Source of the DNA: Squalus acanthias
Lineage: Eukaryota
Reading direction: 5' to 3'
Assembly: GCA_030390025.1 (NCBI GenBank)
Contig: CM059432.1
Coordinates: forward strand, 116,686,001 to 116,750,000
DNA: 64,000 bases
Below are positions 25,825 to 38,420 of this stretch, piece after piece. The notes beneath the pieces are model-generated. The model worked only from the letters and a program-made list of their open reading frames with translations. It did not search any database and was not told where the DNA came from. A program made the position numbers and the translations under genes. Position 1 is the stretch's first letter, and each line of letters starts with the position of its first letter.

Positions 25825-26045
25825 ACTCACTGGAGAACACTGGAACTTTTCAGTGAAATATCCTTTGGCAAGAGACTTTTCGGAGACTCTAAGCTGTTGC
25901 CGCTTTTCGCAATGAATCTATCATAGATTAAACAATGAAAAATCACTGCTAACATTGCATAATTTTTTTTAAATTACCAGCTTTTGTAACAGAGAGGGCA
26001 CCGCCCCCAGTCAGTTACACAAGCCAGAGCGAGGGGCGGGGTCTG
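25825..26045 (-). promoter_or_regulatory. Candidate promoter and non-coding first exon of the membrane-protein gene (repeated at ~27343 and ~28624)
   Basis: Minus-strand donor CCA|GTGAGT at 25830-25825; GC boxes at ~26001 and ~26032; the ATG exon has an acceptor, so an upstream exon is required. The link is inferred. Confidence 0.45.
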
Positions 26046-26207
26046 CAGGGAGCATCATGATGCCGGCCTTACATAACTCATTCAACAGTCGGCAGAGCAC
26101 AACTTCCTCAATGCACCATTCAGCGGAGCAGATCACCGCTTTACATCACAACACGGAGCGCAGCTTCATCAATGTGCATAACATCACCAGTGAGCCGAAT
26201 AGCGTAC

Positions 26208-26725
26208 ACACCAGTACAGAGCAGAGTGTATCACACTGCCAACACTGAGTACAGCACTGTACACAACACCAGTACAGAGCAGAGTGTATCACACTGCCAT
26301 CACTGAGTACAGCACTGTACACAACACCAGTACAGAGCAGAGTGTATCACACTGCCATCACTGAGTACAGCACTGTACACAACACCAGTACAGAGCAGAG
26401 TGTATCACACTGCCATCTCTGAACACAGCACTGCACACAACACCAGTACAGAGCAGAGTGTATCACACTGCCATCTCTCAGCACAGCACTGTACACAACA
26501 CCAGTACAGAGCAGAGTGTATCACACTGCCATCACTGAGTACAGCACCGTACACAACACCAGTACAGAGCAGAGTGTATCACACTGCCATCACTGAGCAC
26601 AGCACTGCACACAACACCAGTACAGAGCAGAGTGTATCACACTGCCATCTCTGAGCACAGCACTGTACACACCAGTACAGAGCAGAGTGTATCACCGCCA
26701 GCTCTGAGCACAGCACTGTACACAA
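26208..26725. repeat. 58-bp minisatellite, ~9 copies
   Basis: Unit ACACCAGTACAGAGCAGAGTGTATCACACTGCCATCACTGAGTACAGCACTGTACACA. Confidence 0.95.
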
Positions 26726-26756
26726 CATAAAGAGAGAGAGAGCGAAACTAATTAAG

Positions 26757-27135
26757 AATGAGAAGTCGCACAACACCAGGTTATAGTCCAACAGATTTAT
26801 TTAAAATTACAAGCTATCGGAGCTATCGATCGCCCCTTCTTCAGGTAAAGTTACTATGAGTGAATCTACAAAAGTTCACAGAATATGAACACAGAAAAAA
26901 TGCAGAGATACAATCTTTCCTTACATCAAAGACACACTAAGAGCACAGCCAAGACAATGAGATGTGTCCCAGGAGGTCCAACGTGTCAAAACCTGCTGTC
27001 TGCAGGTTTTGACAAAAGGGGCGACCGATAGCTCCGAAAGCTTGTAATTTTAAATAAATCTGTTGGACTATAACCTGGTGTTGTGCGACTTCTCATTTTT
27101 GTCCACCCCAGTCCAAAGCCGGCGTCTCCGCATCA
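26757..27135. mobile_element. Penelope-type insertion with inverted arms
   Basis: ~83-bp inverted arms, hammerhead-like cores, flanked by TAATTAAGAATG; empty site at ~25618-25629. Confidence 0.8.
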
Positions 27136-27725
27136 TAATTAAGAATGGGAAGAGGCAGTGATTTTTATCTGGGGGTCATCATGACACCTATGGCCTGTGT
27201 CTGTATCTGCTATATAAGCGCAATAAGACCTGGTCTAAAAGTCAATGCTTGATAGATTAAGAACGACTCATCGACACGAGTGTAACTGGACCTCTGCATT
27301 TGGCAACAGAAGCACCTTTGGAGGCTGAGAGCGAGAAGTAATACTCACTGGAGAACACTGGAACTTTTCAGTGAAATATCCTTTGGCAAGAGACGTTTCG
27401 GAGACTCTAAGCTGTTGCCGCTTTTCGCAATGAATCTATCGTAGATTAAACAATGAAAAATCACTGCTAACATTGCATAATTTTTTTTTAATTACCAGCT
27501 TTTGTAACAGAGAGGGCACCGCCCCCAGTCAGTTACACAAGCCAGAGCGAGGGGCGGGGTCTGCAGGGAGCATCATGATGCCGGCCTTACATAACTCATT
27601 CAACAGTCGGCAGAGCACAACTTCCTCAATGCACCATTCAGCGGAGCAGATCACCGCTTTACATCACAACACGGAGCGCAACTTCATCAATGTGCATAAC
27701 ATCACCAGTGAGCCGAATAGCGTAC

Positions 27726-28006
27726 ACACCAGTACAGAGCAGAGTGTATCACACTGCCATCACTGAGCACAGCACAGCACACCAGTACAGAGCAGAGTGT
27801 ATCACACTGCCATCTCTGAACACAACACTGTACACAACACCAGTACAGAGCAGAGTGTATCACACTGCCATCTCTGAACACAACACTGTACACAACACCA
27901 GTACAGAGCAGAGTGTATCACACTGCCATCTCTGAGCACAGCACTGTACACACCAGTACAGAGCAGAGTGTATCACCGCCAGCTCTGAGCACAGCACTGT
28001 ACACAA
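27726..28006. repeat. 58-bp minisatellite, ~5 copies
   Basis: Same unit as 26208-26725. Confidence 0.95.
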
Positions 28007-28037
28007 CATAAAGAGAGAGAGAGCGAAACTAATTAAG

Positions 28038-28416
28038 AATGAGAAGTCGCACAACACCAGGTTATAGTCCAACAGATTTATTTAAAATTACAAGCTATCG
28101 GAGCTATCGATCGCCCCTTCATCAGGTAAAGTTACTATGAGTGAATCTACAAAAATTCACAGAATATAAACACAGAAAAAATGCAGAGATACAATCTTTC
28201 CTTACATCAAAGACACACCAAGAGCACAGCCAAGACAATGAGATGTGTCCCGGGGGGTCCAACGTGTCAAAACCTGCTGTCTGCAGGTTTTGACAGAAGG
28301 GGCGATCGATAGCTCCGAAAGCTTGTAATTTTAAATAAATCTGTTGGACTATAACCTGGTGTTGTGCGACTTCTCATTTTTGTCCACCCCAGTCCAATGC
28401 CGGCGTCTCCGCATCA
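28038..28416. mobile_element. Penelope-type insertion (duplicate of 26757-27135)
   Basis: Near-identical, offset 1281 bp. Confidence 0.8.
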
Positions 28417-29011
28417 TAATTAAGAATGGGAAGAGGCAGTGATTTTTATCTGGGGGTCATCATGACACCTATGGCCTGTGTCTGTATCTGCTATATAAGC
28501 GCAATAAGACCTGGTCTAAAAGTCAATGCTTGATAGATTAAGAACGACTCATCGACACGAGTGTAACTGGACCTCTGCATTTGGCAACAGAAGCACCTTT
28601 GGAGGCTGAGAGCGAGAAGTAATACTCACTGGAGAACACTGGAACTTTTCAGTGAAATATCCTTTGGCAAGAGACTTTTCGGAGACTCTAAGCTGTTGCC
28701 GCTTTTCGCAATGAATCTATCGTAGATTAAACAATGAAAAATCACTGCTAACATTGCATAATTTTTTTTTAATTACCAGCTTTTGTAACAGAGAGGGCAC
28801 CGCCCCCAGTCAGTTACACAAGCCAGAGCGAGGGGCGGGGTCTGCAGGGAGCATCATGATGCCGGCCTTACATAACTCAACTCATTCAACAGTCGGCAGA
28901 GCACAACTTCCTCAATGCACCATTCAGCGGAGCAGATCACCGCTTTACATCACAACACGGAGCGCAGCTTCATCAATGTGCATAACATCACCAGTGAGCC
29001 GAATAGCGTAC

Positions 29012-29608
29012 ACACCAGTACAGAGCAGAGTGTATCACACTGCCATCACTGAGTACAGCACTGTACACAACACCAGTACAGAGCAGAGTGTATCACACTG
29101 CCATCACTGAGTACAGCACTGTACACAACACCAGTACAGAGCAGAGTGTATCACACTGCCATCACTGAGTACAGCACTGTACACAACACCAGTACAGAGC
29201 AGAGTGTATCACACTGCCATCACTCAGCACAGCACTGTACACAACACCAGTACAGAGCAGAGTGTATCAGACTGCCATCACTCAGCACAGCACTGTACAG
29301 AACACCAGTACAGAGCAGAGTGTATCACACTGCCATCTCTCAGCACAGCACTGTACACACCAGTACAGAGCAGAGTGTATCACACTGCCATCACTGAGCA
29401 CAGCACTGTACACAACACCAGTACAGAGCAGAGTGTATCACACTGCCATCTCTGAACACAACACTGTACACAACACCAGTACAGAGCAGAGTGTATCACA
29501 CTGCCATCTCTCAGCACAGCACTGTACACAACACCAGTACAGAGCAGAGTGTATCACACTGCCATCTCTGAACACAGCACTGTACACACACCAGTACAGA
29601 GCAGAGTG
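29012..29608. repeat. 58-bp minisatellite, ~10 copies
   Basis: Same unit as 26208-26725. Confidence 0.95.
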
Positions 29609-30391
29609 CAAGATTCGCACTATTTAAAACATCAATGCTGCGTCAACTCTATAGATCGCCGGTTACATAAGGGTGGCAAACACCAACGTGGTCTGGCCCA
29701 TTGAGATATTTGTAAAACTGCAACTTGGAGGATTTTTTTTGTTGGAAATTGGTAAAATCAGTTTAAAAGATTACTAAATGACAAATAGTTAACTTTTTTC
29801 CATCATTTAAATAAAATCTCAAACTCTTGTAATGAATCAGTTGGTAAATTAATTAGCTGGCGTAGTATTGAGCAAAACCAGCCCAGAAGCTCCCACGTGC
29901 CGTGTCTGTACCGAGTTCGTTGGCAGTGGAGGTGCTATAGTTGGTCTCAGTTAGGCTGGTGAGGAAAACTCAGCCAGGATTGCTGTTCTTGAGCTCAGTC
30001 TAGTAATGCCTGCTGGAAAGTGTTGCTGTTGGGATGCCGTAAAGATGATAAAGTACAGATGAAGGCCATTTGGCTGGTGTGGAGCATTCACACCGGCACT
30101 GACCTGTTGGGCCGAATGGCCTGTTTCTGTACATTCGATGAAACTTAATTTATCCTTCCATTGAAACCTACCCTACCATCCCCCATCACAACATCTAACT
30201 GCCTCTTGAATCACTTCTGAGATTTTGCCTCCCCTACCCGGAAGATATTCCAGATATTAATCACTCTTTGAGTGACATAGTGCTTTCTGATATCAATTCT
30301 AAATTTTCCTTTAACTAGTTTTAAAAAGCCTTTGTCTTGTCCAGCAATCATATTTTAACTTAAAATGCAGCTCCAAATTAACCTTAGCCTC

Positions 30392-31534
30392 CTATATACA
30401 TTTATAAGGTCCCCTCTCAAGGCATCCATTTGCGCACAGCAAGTTCGCACAGACAGCAATGTGATAATGACCAGATAATCTGTTTTTAGTGATGTTGATT
30501 GAGGGATAAATATTGACCCAGGACACCGGGGATAACGCCTCTGCTCTTCTTCGAAATAGTGCCATGGGATCTTTTACATCCACCTAAGAGAACATAGAAG
30601 ATAGGAGCAGGAGTAGGCCATTCGGCCCCTCTAGCCTGCTCCGCCATTCAATGCGATCATGGCTGATCATCCAAATTCAGTACCCTGTCCCTGCTTTCTC
30701 CCCATATCCCTTGATCCCTTTACCCTTAAGAAATATATCCAACTCCTTCTTGAATATATTTACTGACTTGGCCTCAACTGCCTTCTGTGGTAGAGAATTC
30801 CACAGGTTCACCACTCTCTGGGTGAAGAAATTCCTCCTCACTTCTGTCCTAAATGGCTTACCCCTTATCCTTAGACTGTGACCCCTGGTTCTGGACTCCC
30901 CGACCATCGGGAACATCCTTCCTGCATCTAGTCTGTCCAGTCCTGTCAGAATTTTATAAGTTTCAATGAGACCCCCTCTCATTCTTCTAAACTCCAGCGA
31001 GTATAAGCCCAATCGACCCAATCTCTCCTCATACGCCATTCCTGCCATCCCAGGTATCAGCCTGGTGAATCTTCGCTGAACTCCTTCCATGGCAAGAACC
31101 TCCTTCCTCAGATAAGGCGACCAAAACTGCACACAATACTCAAGATGTGGTCTCACCAAGGCCCTGTACAACTGCAGCGAGACATCCTTGTTCCTGTACT
31201 CAAACCCTCTCGCTACGAAGGCCAACATACCATTTGCCTTCTTAACCGCCTGCTGCACCTGCATGCTTACCTTCAGCAATTGGTGCACAAGGACGCCCAG
31301 GTCTCGTTGCACTTCCCCTTCTCCCAATCTATTGCCATTCAGATAATAATCTGCCTTCCTGTTTTTGACACTAAAGTGGATAACCTCACATTTATCCAAG
31401 AGGGCAGATGAGGCCTTAGTTTAATGTCTCATCTGAAAGACGGCACCTCCGACAGTGCAGCACTCCCTCAGTACTGCACTGGAGTGTCAGCGTGATTACA
31501 TGTTCAAGTCTCTGGAGTGGGGCTATGGACCCAC

Positions 31535-31565
<31 letters not shown>

Positions 31566-31580
31566 AACTGAACCACGGCT
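30392..31580 (-). mobile_element. DeuSINE-like element split by a CR1 insertion
   Basis: Halves 30392-30590 and 31398-31580 rejoin into the reverse complement of 22011-22455. Confidence 0.85.
30591..31397 (-). mobile_element. Young 5'-truncated CR1 LINE
   Basis: Uninterrupted 240-aa ORF2 C-terminal frame; AAGAG duplicated at 30586-30590 and 31398-31402. Confidence 0.93.
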
Positions 31581-32070
31581 GGCACGGCTACAGGGTCACC
31601 CATGGCCTTGTCCCCCACCTGGTTTCACTGAGCGTGCTGGAGACTAGGTGTCCAGCATGCCCATGGGCCTGAAGATAGTGAGACGCCCCTTCCCCGCCCG
31701 CTTGTACATACGCTAATGGGGCTCCCACCTGTTTCAGGTTTACCGCCAGATTTCTGGACCTCTGCTGTCCTGCTAGTACCCCAAATCAGGGCGATGGCAA
31801 GAGAAAAAATACTTCCAGGTTTTACTAATCTTTCCTTATAACTCAAACTTCTGACACTAGGCATCAGCCTTGTGACTCTTCTTTAGTTCTTCCAGAGCTT
31901 TGATATTTTCCATATGGTTCAGTAACTCAAAGCAGTACCGAATCTGTGAGGTGTAAAGTAAGCATCAACAGCTTCAGTATGATGGCCTCAGAATGATACT
32001 TTGCTGAATTGGCAATATAGCTCAGCGCTCTGTTCGCTTTTTTGATTGCTGCAGAATAACTGGACATGAT

Positions 32071-32154
32071 GGGGTATAAATTCATCTGGGGCAATCGCAC
32101 AAAACGGGTGATAGTGAATCTGATTCGCTATCTCCCAAGACAAATTTATACCCC
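32071..32154. mobile_element. 84-bp mini-MITE
   Basis: Perfect TIR GGGGTATAAATT/AATTTATACCCC. Confidence 0.7.
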
Positions 32155-33165
32155 AATATGGGTTAAGTCTACGACCATTCTCAAATCTCTTTCAACCTTG
32201 CCCCTGGTTGTGATGCCCCTCATAGTTGAATAATCAGTCTCATATTATTCAATCACAAGATTCAGACCATGAAGAATGGTCATTTAGGCTTGGAACAGAG
32301 AACAATTCTTCAAGTATGAGTCTGGACAGCGAGTGCTGCAAAGTTATTTTACCATGAGGACCATTGTGGGAAAGCCCAATCCTATTTTCTCCTCTCTTAC
32401 CCTCCCCTCCCCCTCCCTCGCACACATACACTTCCACCATGAGTCCCCGCATAACATTACATATATTACAAATAAAGCGTTGAACTTTGAAATACAGTAT
32501 ATATCTTTATGGCAGATGCATTTCTTTTATTTATGTACTTTGAGAAAGAACAGAAAAACTACAGTTAGTATAGCAACAAATTCTTGAATGACTTACTGTT
32601 ATTAAAGTTTGGCAGGAAGTTCTGAACACAAGTCCTAAATTTAAACATGTTTATTTAATAAGAACATGTTTATTTAACAAGAACATTTAGTAACACTAAG
32701 TACCTTTGCAAAAATAACTAGTAAAGAAGCAAAGTTGTAAATTTTTTTTTTTCTTTAGTTTTATATATTTCCTGGCCCCTCAAATAAAACACGCACCCTG
32801 GATAAGTGGCCAGTAAATACTTCTCCAATTTACATGTAAAGAATTATTTATATAATTATGGCATATGAAGGGACCAAATTTATTTACGTATCTGCCTTTC
32901 GTTGGTAAGGAGAACATTATTACCTAGAATTTGCATGGGGTGGGGGATACGGGGTTCTCCCAACCCACTATCGCAGCTCAGCGGAAGAATGGCTGATCCC
33001 GAGAAGAATTTCATAAATAGCTAAAAACAACTGCTTTCACCATTTCTCCAGGAATTTCACCGATCTTCCGCCGAAGTTATGGCAGGAGACCAGAGAACGC
33101 CACGTGGAAATTTTCCCCCGTTTATTTATTTTCTCGGGACTCATCCAAAAAAACTTGCTTAACTG

Positions 33166-33258
33166 TCACCTGACGAAGGAGCAGCGCTCCGAAAGCTTGT
33201 GATTTCAAATAAAGCTGTTGGACTATAACCTGGTGTTGTGCGACTTCTCACATTTGTC
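33166..33258 (+). mobile_element. Penelope-type fragment with minimal hammerhead motif
   Basis: TCACCTGACGAAGGAGCAGCGCTCCGAAAGCTTGTGA plus the shared tail. Confidence 0.8.
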
Positions 33259-33899
33259 TCTAAGGAGATCGATCACAAATTTCTTTCCAAATACTTTCAG
33301 TGGTGTTGAATATGCCTTCCCCATGCAGGCAGGCCAGTAGTTCTTTGCAACAGTGAAACCTCCAACACAAAAGATCTGCTCCTATATTTTAATAAAACTC
33401 ATGGTAAGTCATTTATTATAACAGCAGGAAAGTTAGACCATATAATGTACCATGTATTATTATATAATAATTAGAGGCATATTTACATCTTGATAGCCCT
33501 TTTCTAATAGGTGTAAAGAGTAAACTTTGAGGAAAGTTGTCTACTGTTAAGATGGAGCTGTATCTAACATGCTTACCCCTTTTAAGTCTACAGAGTCTAA
33601 CTGGGCCAGAGCAAAAATCCAAAAGACCTGCTTAATTACTCCCTATGGGGAAATAGACACAAACTGAGGTCAATTAGAGGTTAATTGCCATTGCTTCAAT
33701 AAGTTTATCTGCAAAAAACAAGTGTGGAGCAGCAACCCCACCCTTCTGTCAGAGAATGAGCAGAAGGGAGCAGTTCATTTGCCCTTTGATGCTTTGGTGA
33801 ATCTTATAAAAGGGAGAGGATAATTTAGAACAAACCAGCAGGAAATGACTGGCTTTGTTTCTTTTTAAAAATATTTTTTGCAGTTGCTACTTGTCAATT

Positions 33900-34290
33900 T
33901 TTTTTATTTGTTCCTGGGATGTGGGCGTTGCTGGCAAGGCCAACATTTATTGTCCATCCCTAACTGCCCTTGAGAAGGTGGTGGTGAGCCATCTTCTTGA
34001 ACCGCTGTTTGGTACAACTGAGTGGCTTTTGCTGGGCCATTTCAATAGGCAATTAAGAGTTAACCACATTGCTGTGGGTCTGGAGTCACATATAGGCCAG
34101 GCCAGGTAAGGACGGCAGATTTCCCTCCCTCAAGGACATTAGTGAACCAGATGGGTTTTTACGACGATCCGATAGTTTCATGGTTACCATTACTGATACT
34201 AACTTTTTATTCCAGATTTATTTAATTAACTGAATTTAAATTCCACAGCTGCAGTGGTGGGATTTGAACTCGCATCTCTGGATCATTGGC
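33900..34290 (-). mobile_element. tRNA-derived SINE (family S2) with a LINE-B-type tail
   Basis: Minus-strand B-box GAGTTCAAATCCCACC; matches 42536-42797 and 51290-51550. Confidence 0.75.
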
Positions 34291-34544
34291 AGGTTCTCTA
34301 AACATTCAGTTGTGATTTGATTATGATTGTCAGTGCAAACTAGGCACAAGTGTGACATAAACTCTCAATGTGTGGCATGTTCAAGTGTGATTATATGCAG
34401 AGATTACTAAACAGAGAAAGGTAATAAAGCAGTTGGCTTCATTTTCAATTGGTGTGCTCTTTAATAGGAATGTGATCTGAACCAGAGTGAGAACCAATTT
34501 TGGGATAAAATTGGCAAATATCAAATTGTTGGTCATCCATTTAC

Positions 34545-35035
34545 TCTCCACTTATCTGGATGAGTGCAGCTCCAACAACACTCAAGAAGCTCGACACCAT
34601 CCAGGACAAAGCAGCCCACTTGATTGGCACCCCACCCACCACCTTAAACATTCACTCCCTCCACCACTGGCGCACCATATCTGCAGTGTGTACCATCTAC
34701 AAGATGCACTGCAGCAACTCGCCAAGGCTTCTTCGGCAGCACTTCCCAAACCCGTGACCTCTTCCACCTAGAAGGACAAGGGTAGCAGGCGCATGGGAAC
34801 ACCACCACCTGCAAGTTCTCCTCCAAGTCACACACCATCCTGACTTGGAAATATATCGCCGTTCCTTCATCGTCGCTGGGTCAAAATCATGGAACTCCCT
34901 CCCTAATAACACTGTGGGAGTACCTTCACCACACGGACTGCAGCAGTTCAAGAAGGCAGCTCACCACCACCTTCTCGAGGACAATTCGGTATGGGCAATA
35001 AATGCTGGCCAAGCCATCCCAAGAACGAATAAAAA
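34545..35035 (+). mobile_element. LINE family B (CR1/L2 group) 3' fragment
   Basis: WMSAAPTTLKKLDTIQDKAAHLIG; matches 63480-63970. Confidence 0.88.
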
Positions 35036-35197
35036 TAAATTTCCAGTAGATTATTAATAAGAACTGGAAATGCAACACAAGTCCACCAACATCTGAAATG
35101 AGAAAAGATAGGTTAACATTTTAGGTAAATATCCTTTGTCAGACCTGAAAAGGAAGGTAGCTGACCAAATGAAAGAGGGGAGAGCAGAACAGACTAA

Positions 35198-36210
35198 TCA
35201 TAGAATGGTTACAGCACAGAAGAAAGCCATTTGGCCCGTCGAGCCTGTGCCGGCTCTCTGCAAGAGCACCTCAGCTAGTCCCACTCCCCCGCCCTTTCCC
35301 CGTAGCCCTGCAAATGTTTTTCTTTCAGGTACTTATCCAACTCCCTTTTGAAAGCTGTGATTGAGTCTGCCTCTACCACCCTTTCAGGCAGTGCATTCCA
35401 GATCCTAACCACTTGCTGAGTAAAAAAGTTTGTTCTTATTTCGCCATTGGTTCTTTTGCCAATCACCTTAAATCTGTGTCCTCTGGTTCTCGACCCTTCT
35501 GCCAATGGGAACAGTTTCTCTCTATCTACTCTGTCCAGACCCCTCATGATTTTGAACACCTCCATCAAATCTCCTCTCAATCATCTCTGCTCTAAGGAGA
35601 ACAACCCGAGCTTCTCCAGTCTATCCATGTAACTGAAGTCCCTTATCCCTGGAATCATTCTCATAAATATTTTCTGTACCCTCTCTAAGGCCTTCACATC
35701 CTTCCTAAAGTGCGGTGCCCAGAATTGGACACAATACTCCAGTTGGGGCCGAACCAGTGCTTTATACAGGTTCGTCATAATTTCCATGCTTTTGTACTCT
35801 ATACTTCTATTCATGAATCCCAGGATCCCATAAGCTTTTTTAATTGCTTTCTCAACCTGCCCTGCCACCTTCAACGATTTGTGCACATATACCCCCAGGT
35901 CTCTCTGTTCGTGCACCCCCTTTAGGATTGTACCCTTTAGTTTATATTTCCTCTCCTCATTCTTCCTACCAAAATGTATCACTTCACATTTTTCTGCATT
36001 AAATTTCATCTGCCACGTGTCTGACCATTCCACCAGCCTACCTATGTCCGCTTGAAATCTATCACTATACTCCTCACTGTTCACTATACTTCCAAGTTTT
36101 GTGTCATCTGCAATTTTTTAAATTGTGCCCTGTACACCCACATCCAAGTCAATATATATCAAGAAAAGCAGTGGTCCTAGAACCGACCCCTGGGCAACAC
36201 CACTGTACTT
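35198..36210 (-). mobile_element. CR1 LINE RT/3' fragment
   Basis: SGVAQGSVLGPLLFLIYI, WQMKFNAEKCEVIHFG, RPQLEYCVQFW. Confidence 0.92.
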
Positions 36211-37489
36211 ATCCAACTTCCTTTTGAAAGCCGTGATTGAGTCTGCCTCCATGACGCTTTCAGGTTTGATCACTGGGCTTGAGCACAGAGCTTGGAGACA
36301 GAGCTGGGAGATTTGCAAACGGAGTGATTTGCAAGCAGAGTGAGGAATTTTGTGAGTGCAGGAATTGTTGGAGAGGAGGAAGGCGGTGGAGACATCTGAC
36401 TGAAAAGGAGGAGTGGAGCCACAGAACCCAAGGTCTCTAAGTTAATAGACTAATATATATCCATTTTGCCTGATAGACCAATAAGAGATCTAATCGCCAG
36501 TTGCCTAACTGCAAAAGTATCCCTCTTCTTTGATGATATTAGTGGGCTGATTGTTTCTAGTGTCTGACAGTAAACTTTGTGGCGATTACGCCATGTATAA
36601 GGCCAAGGAGGCTGAATTACTGCATCCATTCATGGATGAGGGGTGAGATTGATTTGTTAGGTGATCTTTCAGTCTCACTGTGCAGATGGATAAGAGAAAA
36701 CTGTTTAAAAATAAAATCACAACAACCCAAGCCAAATCAGATTGTATTGTTTGACAGACACTTGTTAGAAAAAATGTGGCAAAGTGAAATCTATATTTTC
36801 TACTCCTCCTGAACCAAATTATGCCTCCATATCAATGTTAATCTCTTCAGTCAATTTGAGGGCATGATTCAGCTAGGAACATCTCTGTGCACACTATTAA
36901 TGCTTTGGCTGATGCACTAGGAGATGTGCTTTAGCAGTAAAGTAGGGGATTCTCTCCCTCGCTTACAGATGATCCAATTACAGTTGATGGAAGTGCCTCT
37001 CTCAAGAAAGCTTGAGTGCAGCTTTCAGTCAAGATTGGAATTCAAAATCAGTCTCTTGTTGGGCATTGGCATTCTGAAGCTTCAGTGTTATAACTACTAG
37101 ACTTTTGAAACACATGTTCAATTGTGCTACTATTTTATTAACAGTTGTAGAAAAACTTAGCATCACTCTTCATGTATTGGTCCAGACAAAATCTGTCACA
37201 CAGCAATACCATTATGCATGAAAAAGGCCTACTCTCCGGTGTAGTACATAATTGGAAATCGCCAGACGCAGTATAATTTTGCATTGAACAACATTCCATG
37301 CTTTTTGTTATAATAGTTATGGATACCCAGGGCTACATCAGTAAATTAAGATTTTGCAATGATTCTTTCTCAACTTGATCTGTTTCTCACTTCCTCTGTT
37401 GAAGGCAACAGTGAATCATTATCTAAAAAAACCCCTCTAGATCCAGTTATTGGATTATGATATCCAGTCTAAGAAAGCTTTTCGCCATA

Positions 37490-38420
37490 TCAATAATGAC
37501 TTGGATGGAGGAATAGAGAGTAGTATATCCAAGTTTTCAGATGGCACATAGTTAGAAGTAAGTTGTGTAGATGGGAGCAGGAAGTTTCACAGAGAAATAG
37601 ATAGACTATGTTTAAGGGCAAAACTGTGGCAGATGGAGTTCAACATGAGATCATCCACTTTGGATCTAAGAAAGAGAAAACAGATTTTTTTTTCAATAAT
37701 GAGAGACTAGGAGCAATGGAAGAGCAAGGGGATTTAGGTGTGCTTGTACATAAATCACTAAATGCTCGTGCACAAGTACAAAAAGTAATCAAAAAGGTTA
37801 ATGGGATGTTGCTCTTTAAGCCAAGGAGGTTGGAATTCAAAAGTGATGCTTCAGTTGTACAGAGCCTTGGTCAGACCCCATCTGCAGCACTGCATTCAGT
37901 TTTGGGCACGGAAGCTCAGGAAAGATATATTGGCCTTGGAGGGGGTACAGCACAGATTCACCAGAAGGGTACCAGGGCTTAAAGGGTTAAATTATGAGGA
38001 CAGGTTGCAAAAACTTGGCTTGTATTCCCTTGAATATAGAAGATTGAAGGGTGATCAAATTGAGATGTTTGAAATGTTAAAGGGGTTCGATAGAGTAGAT
38101 GCAGAGAAATTATTTCCTCTAATGGGGAATCCAGAACAAGAGGGTAAAATCTTAAAGTTAGAGCTAGGCCATTCAGGAGTGAATTCAGGAAACATTTTTT
38201 CATGCAAAGGGGACTGGAAATCTGCAACTTATTCCCCCAAAAGGCTGTGGGTACTGGGTCAATTGACATTTGCAAGACTGAGATCGATAGAATTTTGTGA
38301 CGTAAGGATATCAAGGGGCATGGAGCAAAGGCAGGTAAATGGAGTTGAGGTACAGAACAGCCATGATCTAACTGAATGGGGGAACAAGCTGAAGAGGCTG
38401 AAAGGCCTACTCCTGTTCCT
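37490..38420 (+). mobile_element. Degenerate CR1 LINE 3' fragment
   Basis: MLQLYRALVRPHLQHCIQFW...LGLYSLEYRRL with frameshifts. Confidence 0.88.

Larger units (their letters stand above)
25595..29608. repeat. Tandem triplication (units start ~25595, 26726, 28007)
   Basis: Three near-identical copies of a ~610-bp unique segment, each followed by a 58-bp minisatellite; units 2 and 3 also carry a Penelope-type insert. Confidence 0.95.

Noticed and set aside
26208..29608. 58-bp repeats as a CRISPR array or His/Cys-rich ORFs
   Set aside because: Contiguous minisatellite with no spacers; the period is not a multiple of 3, so the ORFs cycle through frames.
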